Shown here piece after piece: positions 1-11,712 of a stretch of DNA of 64,000 nt; position 1 is the stretch's first letter, and every line of letters starts with the position of its first letter. The position numbers and the translations under genes are program-made. The DNA is from Ylistrum balloti. Its lineage: Eukaryota. The stretch lies in NCBI RefSeq assembly GCF_031769215.1, contig NW_026783106.1:1-64000 (forward strand), written 5' to 3'. Under the pieces are notes generated by a model. The model was not told where the DNA came from, searched no databases, and worked only from the letters and a program-made list of their open reading frames with translations.

Positions 1-799
1 ATGACCAACAGTACTATATCTGTGCACATGTTCCACAGTAGATGCTTATGGGTTCTGTCCCTTAGTAGTCAGCACCCTCATCTGTGCAATGTTGAATTGA
101 GACTTTCTTATGATGTTTCCAGTTAAATATAATTGATAGCTTTCTTTTAAATCATGGAAAAAAGATGGTCAAACAATATAGCAGAAAAACTCTTAGTTAT
201 AGCTGGACGGATGACCCAGGACAGCTGAAGCTTACTTGCCCTTTAGATCATTGTTTACAAACACAGATACAACATATTTGAGACTTGCACAAGTCAACAA
301 TATATAGCAATAATTAAATATAATGACAGGAAAAATTAAGCTACATGTAATTATAAACCATAATCCTAACTCAAAACCAATAATAAAACGTTTCATGTGT
401 ATCATTAGTGATGTCACCGTGGTCAATTAAGCCCCAGTTACTGGAGATATACTGATAACAGTTTACTGTAGGCCTATAAACACTGCATAGCAAACGGGAT
501 CAACTTAGAATTTCTTATTTATTTATGCTATAATTATGACGAATCTTCAATCAAAATGAAGATCTTGCAATTCTCTTTCTAATCATGTTTTCTGTATTTT
601 AACGCTGTGAATAGAACATAAGTCATTTGCTAACATGTAGTTTTTCACATAACTTAGCTCAAGCCTCTAAGACCTCCAGGGGGCTTGGCCTAATCTATTT
701 TTGGAACAGTGTGACATCACTGTGAAAGGTCTTTATAATTTATTCTAAATTATGCAAAGAAAATTCCCAGCGCAATATATTCCTTTAATAAGTCATTGG

Positions 800-2097
800 A
801 AGGTTCTACATATTTGTATATAAACCTTTGTGAAACTTTAACTGGCCAAATATGAAGTTGATTTTACACAATCTGACCCCCGTGACCTTAAGATATTTTC
901 ATGGGTCAAGCTATTTTTTATTTTCACATACTATGTGGCGGACACTATAAAGGGAAACTTTTGGCCAAATATTATGATTTTAGGCCTTTTAGTTAAGCAG
1001 AAGTTGTTCAAAGGTTTAACGCCTTTGACCGTTGTGACCTTGTATATGGGTCAAGGTGATTTCTTTTTGCAAACTTTCTAGAGCTTGATAAAAGGAACCT
1101 TCCAGACAAATATAATAAATCTAGGCCTTCCGCTATTTTGGAAGAAGTCGTTTAAGGGTTTTTACACATTTGAACTATGTGACCTTGAATAAACGTCAAG
1201 GTCATTTCTTTTCGCAAACTTTGTTGGGCTTCATCAAAGGAACCTTCCAGTAATGTATAATGATTCTAGGCCTTTGGTATTTTGAAAGAAATCTTTTAAA
1301 ATGTTTTAACACATTTCACCTCTGTGACCTTGATTATGGGTCAAGGTCATTTTTTTCCCCCAACTTTGTTTGGAATCATCAAAGGAAACTTAAAGGCATA
1401 TATAATGATTTTATGCTTCCTGGTATTTTGGAAGAAGTTGCTTAAATTTTTAAAAATATTTGACTCCTTTGACCTTGAATATGGGTCAAGGTCTTTTCTT
1501 TTCACACACTTTGTTAAGCTTCATCAAAGGAACCATTCAGCCAAATATAATGATTCTAGGCCCTCCGGTATAATGGAAGAAGTCATTTAAAAATTTTAAC
1601 ATTCTTGACCTCTGTGACCTTGAATATAAGTCAAGGTGATTTCATTTTGCAAACTTTATTGGGCTTGATAAAAGGAAACTTCCAGCCATATTTAATGATT
1701 CTAGGCTTCTGGTATTTTGAAAGAAGTCTTTTAAAAGGTTTTAACATATTTCACCTCTGTGACCTTGAATATGGATCAAGGTCATTTTCTTTTGTAACTT
1801 TGTTGGGCTTCATCAAAGGAATCTTCCAGCCATATTTAATGATTCTAGGTCTTCCGGTATTTTGGAAGAAATCGTTTAAAGACATTTTACCTCTGTGACC
1901 TTGAATATAGGTCAACGTCAATTTTTTCTTTTTTTTGCAAACTTTGTTGGGCTTCATCAAAGGAACCTTCCAGCCAACTATAATAACTCTAAGCCTTTTG
2001 GTATTTCAGAAGAAGTTGTTTAAATGAAAAGTTGACGGATGCAGGACGGACAAAGGACGGACAGACAAATGACGGCCCTTTGGGCCAGGTGAGCTAA
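800..2097 (+). mobile_element. Non-autonomous Helentron/HINE-like repeat with an internal ~145-bp tandem array
   Basis: About 7 diverged units with TGACCTTGA...TCAAGGTCA and AAAGGAACCTTCCAG motifs recur at ~1024, 1170, 1316, 1459, 1605, 1750 and 1887. They are followed by a (GGAC/GACG)n microsatellite and the 3' end GGCCCTTTGGGCC-AGGTGAGCTAA (2073-2097). This layout is typical of bivalve pearl/CvA/DTC84-type elements. The 5' boundary is approximate. Confidence 0.65.
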
Positions 2098-4701
2098 CAA
2101 AACACTCACACTGACCACAGATTGAGTACCGACATATTTCCCGAACAATATCAATAGATTTACCTTTCCTAAAATGTCTATATAAGGTAACCGCCTATTG
2201 AAACAATTTCCAAACATTCGAGACATGACATCTTTTCTCGAAAAACACCATAGAGACAGACATCATTTATGTCAAGCTAAACCTGCAACGTGTAAAGTAA
2301 TCCTCGAAAAGGCCTACAATGGTCTAATTAATTGTATCCGTGACTGCATTCAAAATATTACCAGGTCGAGTGTTGATGATGGAATAGAAGAAACATTTGT
2401 CATTTCATAAAGTCTGTCTTCGTAAATTATTGAAGACAAAAGAAGCACATCATCCAAAAGGAGGGTTTCATTCAGACACTGGCACCTGAAGTGTTACCGT
2501 TAGTGACCAAACTCTCGGGCAGACTGTTCCAGGGAATATGAGAAAAAAATCTTTGGTAATGCAGGGATACAGTGTACGAGCGAGACCTAAACCACTGGTG
2601 GACTCGATCATCTGTCATGATGTCGAGAGGCGAATACCAGATGATGGAAATAAAATCAACAGACATGAAATAAATTTAACAAATTTATTAACAATCCACT
2701 GTGTGTACATGTAGAAACAGTAAAATGCCTCCAGGAGAGGATCGACACTATATGGGGTTCGAACCAATATCACATTATGTTTACACCCTAGAGTTACCAT
2801 TAATTCTTGGTTTTGGTGTGACGTCACGTCTGTAACAACAGGAAGTTTGCCATCTTTGGAGGTGAAACAAACTCTTAGCAATGCTAAGGAGAGGTTGTTT
2901 AGTGTTTAGTAAACAAATTTTTTAAATGGAGAAACATTTACTGATAATGTTATTTGTTATATATGTTCTTAAATAGTTTCAGTATGCGTATTAATGAATA
3001 TATGTACTGTTTCTCAGTACATCACAAACCCCTCCTTTATACAACTGTGACTGAATGACAGTGATTAGAGCAACCCCCGGCACTGCATGATTTTGGCATA
3101 CCCAATGCCTTAACGTTGACTTTTAACAGATCTAAATTTGGTATTACTTATATTTTATCAAAGAACAAAGATGGCGATAGTTTTCACCTCAGATTTAATC
3201 GCAAGGCATCATTAGGGGTCAAGTACCAATATATCTGGGGTAATGAATCAAAAATACAACTCTTGACTAGAGTTGAATAAATCACCATTGACATGAAATT
3301 GGAAATGAATTCTATCGGCACCTGTAAATGACTGTAAAAATAATTAACATCAATCTCAAAAACAATGAGCCATATACTTTTACACTGATGCATAATATTA
3401 CTCTGAGCCAAATAAATATTGAATTAATCACCACTTAATTAATCAACCAATTAATATTACAATGGATAATGAGAAAAAGTATGTCACTGAAATTCACTGT
3501 ACAATTCACTGTTACATTTGTCACCATAAATTATAACTGCCCACTTGTTCAATAATAGCAGACGGGGTAATCTATACTGAAGATTCACTATGTCTTTGAA
3601 GTCGTAGAGGTTCCTCAGGAGTCATTGAAGTGCCCAAACTTAGCTATGCTCAAGCAAAGGGGAGGTAACTTTTTTTTTCACTTTACCTTATACCTAAAGC
3701 GTCATTCTCAAGTGCCTTTTTATAGCGTTAAATTATCATATAAAAGCGTGAGCCTTCCAAACATTCGAGTGACTGAGAATAATGAAGCGAAACTGAACTT
3801 ATGTTTATAAGGAAAAACGTCACGAAAATCCATGGCGGTAAGATGTGATCCAAAACTGAAATGTGTAAATCGGCATATTTTCCTCCATACGCTGATTACA
3901 CGTCAAAAAACCTTTTAATTTGTCTCACATATGTTCAATCTGCATGTAAGTGGTTCTAACTCTGTCTGGTTATTCCGCTTTTTGTCGTAAATCATAAATA
4001 TAAAAAACTGACATACAGTCTGTTACGACTAGGGTAAGTCGCGGAGATTGTCAATACAAGCTACTTTCACTTTTGAATAGCCTGAGTTTTAACGTTTGAA
4101 AGGGCATAGCACTTCAATTTTGTAGCTAAAAAGTATTTCTTAAGCCATGTAGATAAATTAAAGGGCAATCCGACACCAGCTTAAACATTTTGATGGTAAG
4201 AATTTCACTGTAAAATCCAGTCTCATACCGCATTACGCATATACGAGCAGTCAATTGAATTAATCATCGAGTCCATGAAATAGAATGAGTACTTGCGGAC
4301 CTAGTCAGTGTGTGACAGTAACTTACTGAGTAAGACTGTCAGTTCGTGACTAATAAACCATAAATACTTTAACAGCATAAGAACATTCATGAGCTTTGTT
4401 TGATATCATTTAACAGTCGTCTGAATGGTGCATTTTGTTTTCTGATAGGTAAGGATTTCAGACTTCGAAAGAGAAAACAAGGATTTGAAAGAAAAGATTA
4501 AGACACTAGAGGAGGAAATTTCAAATTTAAGAAAGCAATTAGATTGGTAATCTAATATGAAAAAGGAAATGAAAAGCATGAAAAAAGACATTGAAAGGTT
4601 AAAAGAAGCTTTAAAAAAGAAATAATTGAGACACTTACGCTATATATATACACACATACTTTACAAATTTATACTGCATATTGTTTATATTAACATCTAA
4701 A

Positions 4702-7700
4702 ATGTCTTCCCATGGCAAGTTTATGGCCCAATTTGGGTTGTCCATCAGTGATCTGGAGTCAGAACACCATCACACAATACCCCACATAATGGAAAATAAA
4801 CTGAGTAAAGGTCTTGTGTGTGAGCTATTTCAATACGCAAAAACATGTACCGGTAACACTCCACCAGTGGATAAAGTGGCGCTATGGCTATCATTATTGT
4901 GCCGATTGGATCTTTCCACCATTTCAACTTTAACACTACAGACAAAGTTATATAAACTTTTAAGAGATAAAAAAGGAAAGGGAGGTGATTCGCTGAAATC
5001 ATTCAATAGTCAAATTTTTGTGATACCTTTAAAAACAATTTTGGCACAAAAAAGTGAATTTGAAAAAATAAGTGAAGCCGCCGAACAGTCTGTTGTTAAG
5101 GAACTTGCTGAAGAACTATCTGTCACAAGTGAAGCTTTAAGCAAAAAGGAAGAAAAGACATTGTCTTTAAGAAATGAAAATTGTCAAGGGCAACATCAAA
5201 ACTTGAACAGTGTAAAAAACTAAAACTTGAGCAGGATGTGTTAGAACAAAGTCTACACAAAACAAAACAAAATTATGCAAGAAACAGTATCATCAAAGGA
5301 AAAGTTGTGTGAGTATGTGAGAAAACTGGAGAATAATGTGAGAGACTTGAAGAAAGAACTGACATCAAAGGGTTTAGAAACAGAATCCTTGGAAAACAGC
5401 CACTGTTTTATCTGATTATGTAGAAGAAAGTTCTCAGTTAATGAAATTGAAAATGAGGAAGTGAACAGTGTGATAACAGAAAATGATGCCCTAAAGGAAT
5501 CAAATGATTATCTCTTGGCATTGCTGAATGACAATGCAGAATTACCAGTTTCCACATATGATGAGGATAAGGGTGCATTTTCACCAGAATTAACAAACTG
5601 TGTCATGCAGCTGTTAAATTATGGTATTTCATCAAAGAATATGGCCGATGTTTTAAGTACTGTAGCAACACTTTGTGGTAGTTCTTTAAGTAAATTACCC
5701 AGTAGACAGACTGTTGACCGCATGAGTGATCGGAGAATGGCCCTGGCACAGAAGCAGTTGGAAAGTATCTCCATAAGCCAAAATCTTACTCTGTATTCAG
5801 ATGAGACTTCAAAGTATGGAAGGAGTTTTGAAGTGTTTGCTGTCAGTGATGAAGAAAAGAATAGTTATGTTCTAGGGTTATGTGAAATGTATATCAAAAG
5901 TTCAGAAACTGTTGAATACACTAAAAGACATATTACATGATGTCAACAAACTCTGTGACCAAAACAATAGAACTGAAATAGGTTTTAAAATTTTATGCAA
6001 CATAAAGAACACAATGTCGGATCGGGCTGCCTCAGAAAAAAAATTTCAACAACTTTTGAAGGAATACAGGGAAGAGATATTGCCGAAATGTCTGGAGGGA
6101 TTGGTGCAAATGAATGAGGAGGAGTAAAGTGCTTGTTCCAAAATGAATAACTTCTTTTGTGGATTGCATCTTCTGGTTAATTTTGCTGATGTATGTGCAG
6201 AAGCGCTTCTTAAATTTGAGCATTCTCTTCTGTCGAAGCCAGGTGGTGCAGAAGCTTTGGAAGAAAGTGAAGAGCAAGAAGTGAAAAGCAGTGAAAGTGG
6301 AACAAGCAGGTTATTAAGAACATGTAGCAAAGCATTTGTTAAAGGCGTAGATAAAAAACGGGGTATATGACCCATTCAGGTCATACTGCAGACAAAAAGG
6401 AGATAATGTACAGTTTATGCGATACAAACACAATCGATTCAATGTCTTCTTTTTACTGGGACACATTGCGTATCACCATCGACACAACATTTTGCATTTT
6501 TTGCAATCAGTTCATGGCTGTACGAACAGACTACTTTCTTCAGTGGAGGCTGATATTATAGAACCAGTCTATATAGCTGGCTGTAGAGCTCTGGGAATTA
6601 TCTCACAATCTGTCACGGGGCCACTATGGCGCAAAATGGAAGACAACTCCCATATTTTGACGCTTAATGAGACTCTGTCAGCACTCCAGGATTATCTCGA
6701 AGTCGCCAAAGATGACAGCACAGTTGTTATTTCTGGAGCTTTCAGGCCATTCGTAAACGAGAATTCAGATGACAATGCCATCATGAAAGAGCTATTCTCC
6801 TCAGAGGACAGTGATGGTTTAACCATACAAATTTTACAGTTTCTCTTTGCCGCCATGCTTACTCTATTGAAAAGACAAGCAGCAGATCATTTACCGGGAG
6901 GTACTTTCTCTACAACAAATGAGGAATTAATACATCAAACACAAAGTTCCTTAAAACACAATAAACTGCCAGAATTCTTTTTTGGTCAGTTAGACCATTT
7001 AATGAAATTCAGACCAAATGCAACAACCCTGTGCAATGAATCGTACATTATGTTTTCACACAACAAGACGTGCGAATGGTTGGACAGCTTGGAGGAAGAA
7101 CATCGGAACAGATTGATAGAGGATAGTAGGAAAGAGGGGTCAGAAATAAGGGAAAAGTTTAAAGCCCGAATTAAGGATACTGAACAAAGGAGATTAGAAA
7201 ATTTGAGAAGGAAAGAAGAAGAGCTGGCACAAAAAAGAAATCGAATTTTGAAAAGAAAGGAGGATATGACAAGGGATATATTGTATTATGGCTTGTGGCA
7301 GTCACCGGATAACCTTGAGGAATGTTTACAGGAGTTGGACACAAAGAAGGAAAAAATACGGGCTCTGAAAGTTCAGCTGAATTTCCGAAAAAATGTTCTG
7401 CAGCAGGTAACAAAGGACAAAAACTTGTATTTGTTTTCTACGGGCAGACGTCAAAAGACAGTATCGGAGTTGACCACCAACTTAAAGGTCTTAATCCAAG
7501 AGGCAAAGTCTGTGCCACTTCCGGAGAGGAGAAGCAAAAACAAACCTCTGTTGGTAGGAAAAAACATAAGACACAAATTCAGTGATGGTCAGTGGTATGA
7601 TGGACAAGTTCTTTCAGTGGTACCAGGTTTTAATGAATATTACAATGTGAAATACAAAGAGGACCAGGCCCTGTATGTTTACAAACTTCAGGAGGACTAT

Positions 7701-7835
7701 GCTTCAGGAGATCTGGCAATACGTCCAGAAACAACAGGTTTGGATCCTAGTATTTCTGCACGTGGTTCCTGTTTCATTGTTATTTGGATGAGAAGAAAGT
7801 TCAAATCAGCAAAACCAATCAAACCAATGAAATGA
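4702..7835 (+). pseudogene. Frameshifted DDE transposase (~1000 aa if reconstructed) with a CxxH motif and a C-terminal Tudor domain
   Basis: Collinear ORF fragments 4681-5223, 5461-5940, 5882-6127, 6143-6370 and 6417-7835. Candidate catalytic motifs: LYSDETSKYG (D, ~5800), MSDRAAS (D, ~6020), CGLH (CxxH, 6158-6169), HNKLPEFFFG (E, ~6972). Premature TAA at 6125-6127 and several frameshifts. Confidence 0.8.
7548..7730 (+). other. Spin/Ssty (Spindlin-type) Tudor-like domain at the transposase C-terminus
   Basis: LLVGKNIRHKFSDGQWYDGQVLSVVPGFNEYYNVKYKEDQALYVYKLQEDYASGDLAIRPE resembles SPIN1 Tudor domain 2 (recalled as MIGKAVEHMF...EWRGMVL...[31 protein letters not shown]). Hand alignment from memory, not an HMM search. 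Confidence 0.75.
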
Positions 7836-8224
7836 GACTTTTACACACCCTTAAATATGGGGGAGAGAAAAACAATGGTGATTTGCATGTTTGTGATTAT
7901 TTGCATGATTAAATTAAATGAAAATGATTTGCAAGAACTGCATGCTTTCATGTTTCATTGACTCTGCTGTGATTTGCATGTTGGTGTTACCTGTGTTATA
8001 TCAAAATGAAATGCTCTGCATGTCAACAAAGAAAAAATTCAATAAAAGCTACATGTTGAAAACTGATTTTAATACAAGAATTGTTTGCTTGCTTTTCAAA
8101 TTAATTTTATAGCAAGATGAACTTGTTGAGTTGTTTAAACAATGGTTTTAAATACTATTTTTGTTTGTTATGCTATTTTTTTGCTGTTATTTGTTATTTT
8201 GTTAGTTTTTCAGCTATTTCCTTA

Positions 8225-8390
8225 TGGTGAAACCTGTCTAATAAAGATCTCTGAAGTGCTTTGGAACAAGTGGTCATTTTACAGAGTTCAATTATAATTG
8301 ATGGTTAATTTGAGACTACCTGATAAAAACTCCCTTATTAAAAGGGTTGTAATAGCAGTTGGTGACTGGTCCCAAAGACAGGCTTCACTA
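8225..8390. mobile_element. Tc1/mariner-type MITE (166 bp) nested in the hAT-like element
   Basis: Imperfect 15-bp TIRs TGGTGAAACCTGTCT and AGACAGGCTTCACTA, flanked by TA at 8223-8224 and 8391-8392. Confidence 0.6.
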
Positions 8391-9360
8391 TATGTGAAAA
8401 TATAATTAATTTAAACATTAGTTTGTTTGTTCAAGCTGGTTTTGAGAATTAAAATAAATTCAGCAAAAAAATAAAATAAATAAATACACAAATATTCCTC
8501 TTCTCAATTCCTGGATTATGGCATTATTACCAAGCTTGTTTCCTATAATTGCATTTAAATTAAATTATGCTATTATAATTTATTACACTTTTAAGGGAAA
8601 ACATTATGTACAATAAACATATTTATACATTGTATATACATAGTAATAATAATAATAATATTTAGGATACTATCTAAAAATTGTAGCATAGGTAATTTAC
8701 TGTAACACACTTTTTTTACAGACAACTACATGTAAGTGAGAGAGCTGGATTCTTATAAAAGAAGGTAGGCTATAATTTTGATACTTTTGTATTCAAACAG
8801 TTTTTTTTATTGGTTTGCATGTTTTAGACAGATATGTGAATTTGTTTTGGTGAAACATGTGTGGAAGAATAGATTTTCAACAGTTTTGAGCAATATGACA
8901 TCTTTGTGCACTAAAATAAAATTTTCTGGAATGTTTTGGAAGCCAAACTTGCTTTGATATGATGGGATACATGTCATTTAAATTTATTGTTTATAAAGAA
9001 AATAGAGAAATAACTTTCAAATACGGTTTTTTTTTTCCATAGTGACATATTTTTCCAACAATGGTTGGAAAACCTCAGAAAAAATCCCAAAATTCTTAAA
9101 TTTGAAAAATCCGTTAAAAAACCAAATATCAAGATATCTTCATTCTGTTTGTTTTACTGACATCACCAAAAGATGCTTTATACATACAAATACATGTTTA
9201 AGGCATATTTACAGGAAAAAAATAGTTGAGCATAGCTACCAAACTCTCCAGTTCCCTGTCGTGACGCGACTCTATGACGTCTCAATGAAGCGTCCGAGTT
9301 GTCTGAGAAGTGTATGTGACGAGTAGCCGTGACGAAGGACCAACGGAGTTTATTACGACC

Positions 9361-11712
9361 TAGCTGCCACCACTCAGGCGACATCCTGACTTCACACCGG
9401 CTACAGGACCCCATCTGCCTGGCCCTACCACACGAACTAAAAAATGTAAACAACCATTGGTAACATATAGAAGCTTCAGAAATTTTAACATTGAAAACTT
9501 CCACATTGACCTACAGAACGCATCACTAGAAGAAACAGTTAAACATACAGACGTTAACACAGCCTACAACAACTTCAGCAAAACACTGACAGACATAATA
9601 AACAAACACGCCCCAATGAAAAAAAGACGAGCTAGATTACACCAAGCACCATTTATGAACAAGAAACTAAGACGAGATATATTACAAGAAAATGCTTCAC
9701 AATAAGTACATCACCAACCGCACCAAGAACTGGGAAAAATACAGAACACAGAGAAACCAAGTCACTAAACTCAGAAAACAGTCAATAAAACAATACTTCC
9801 TAGACAGATGTACAGGGGGACAAAACAACCAGAACTTCTGGAAAACTATCAAACCATTTATTACAAACAAAGGCTGCCAAAATCAAGTAGACATTATATT
9901 GGAAGAAAAAGGAAAAATCATTAACAAACAAGCAGAAGTAGCAGACACCTTTAATAATTTTTTCATTCATGTAGCAAAAGATATTGGATCTAACAGCCCC
10001 CCTATTGACGATCAACATCCTAGTCTACAGACCATAGCCAGGAACAAAAAACAAGATACACAATTTACATTTAAACATGTAGATATAGAATTCATAAACA
10101 AACTGTTCAACAAAATTAATCCTAAAAAACATTCCCAGACGCATTAAAAACAGCACAAGTTAGACCAATTCACAAGAAAGACAGCACCCTCGACAAAGGA
10201 AACTACAGACCAGTGAGTATACTCTCGGCACTGTCCAAGGTCTTTGAGAGATCCATACACTTCCAACTCAGCGACTTCCTTGATGGTGTCTTCCACCCTT
10301 ACCTCTCTGCCTTCAGAGCCGGATATGGATGTCAGACAGCATTATTGAGAATCGTTGAGGATTGGAAAATGGCACTAGACCAGAATAAGTATGTGGGATG
10401 CATACTTATGGATCTCTCAAAGGCTTTTGACTGCTTGCCTCAAGACCTACTAACTCTTAAACTCAAAAACTATGGACTTTCAAATTCGGCCTCAGAACTT
10501 ATTTCGAACTATCTCAAAAACAGAAAACAAAAGGTTAAATTAGGAAATATTAAAAGCACCTTTCAGGAACTATACAAAGGAGTACCACAAGGATCAATAT
10601 TAGGGCCAATTCTTTTCAACACTTTCATCAACGACATTTTCCACTCTATACAACACTGCAAATTATACAACTATGCCGACGACAACACTATTAGCAAAGC
10701 ACACACCTCATTAGAAACAGTCAAAACATCACTACAAACAGACTGCAACTCACTCATACACTGGTTCGCAAACAATCACATGAAAGCTAACCCAAATAAA
10801 TTTCAAGCCATGGCAGTAGGTAATAAAACACAAAACGAAAACATCACTTTCCAAGTAGGCAACAATACCATTAAATGCGAACCAGAGGTTAAACTGCTAG
10901 GAGTTACACTTGACTTTAAACTAAACTTCCACACACATGTATCCAACATCTGTAAAAAAGCATCGAAACAACTCAACACACTCAAATGCATAGGAAAACA
11001 CTTAAACAGACCGGGCAGACTCACTATATATCATTCTTTCATTCTTTCGAACTTTAATTTCTGCCCACTTACATGACACTTCTGTGGTGAAACTAATACA
11101 CAAAAAATGGAAAAAATTCAAGAAAGGGCTCTGAAATTCATCTATGACGACTACGAAAACACATACGAAAATTTATTAGCCCGTTCAAAATTACCCTCTC
11201 TCAAAATTAGGCGCCTTCGAAATTTTGCAATAGAAGTTTTCAAAATTAGCAACAATCAAACACCAACATATTTGCATGACCTTATAAACATAACAGAAAA
11301 ATCATAGACATTTAGATACCATAATACAGCGGAAATACCACAGGTTAGGACCACAAAATACGGCAAACACTCATTTAGATCAGAAGCACCTAAAATTTGG
11401 AACACCCTACAAGACCATTTCAGAACAACAACCACACTTACACAATTTAAGACACTAATTAACATCTGGTATGGGCCAAAATGTAAATGCAACACATGCA
11501 CCTATATAATCAGACACATTTAACAATACTATATTTTAATATTTCACCTGCGGAATATTAAAGTTTTAATCCGAGTGGTTTTAAACTTATATTTTATCTA
11601 TTATGTCATTGCGTATTTAGTGTGTGACTGTATGCATGTGTCGGATGAAATAGCTCAAAAGAGCTAATGTTTGTACTGTTTTAAATACCGACAATAAATA
11701 AACTTACGTGAC
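9361..11712 (+). mobile_element. 5'-truncated CR1/L2-group non-LTR retrotransposon with a decayed ORF2
   Basis: Post-endonuclease linker VTYRSFRNFNIENF, then RT motifs NYRPVSILSALSKVFE, DLSKAFD, GVPQGSILGPILF and YADD. An internal deletion joins NPKK directly to FPDALKTA (~10130). TGG>TGA stop at 11074. The 3' UTR ends AATAAATAAACTTA. The 5' boundary is approximate. Confidence 0.9.

Larger units (their letters stand above)
3641..9238 (+). mobile_element. Full-length cut-and-paste DNA transposon, hAT-like (7-bp TSD, possibly hATw-type)
   Basis: Perfect 13-bp TIRs TAGCTATGCTCAA (3641-3653) and TTGAGCATAGCTA (9226-9238). Identical 7-bp flanks CCAAACT at 3634-3640 and 9239-9245. A decayed DDE transposase lies inside. 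Confidence 0.9.

Noticed and set aside
232-3411. Possible minus-strand host exons: hydrophobic ORF 232-426 ending at a GTAAG donor, acceptors at 3322 and 2884, donor at 3187
   Set aside because: The splice signals are plausible, but the joined peptides match no family I recognise and hit stops. RNA-seq or homology is needed.
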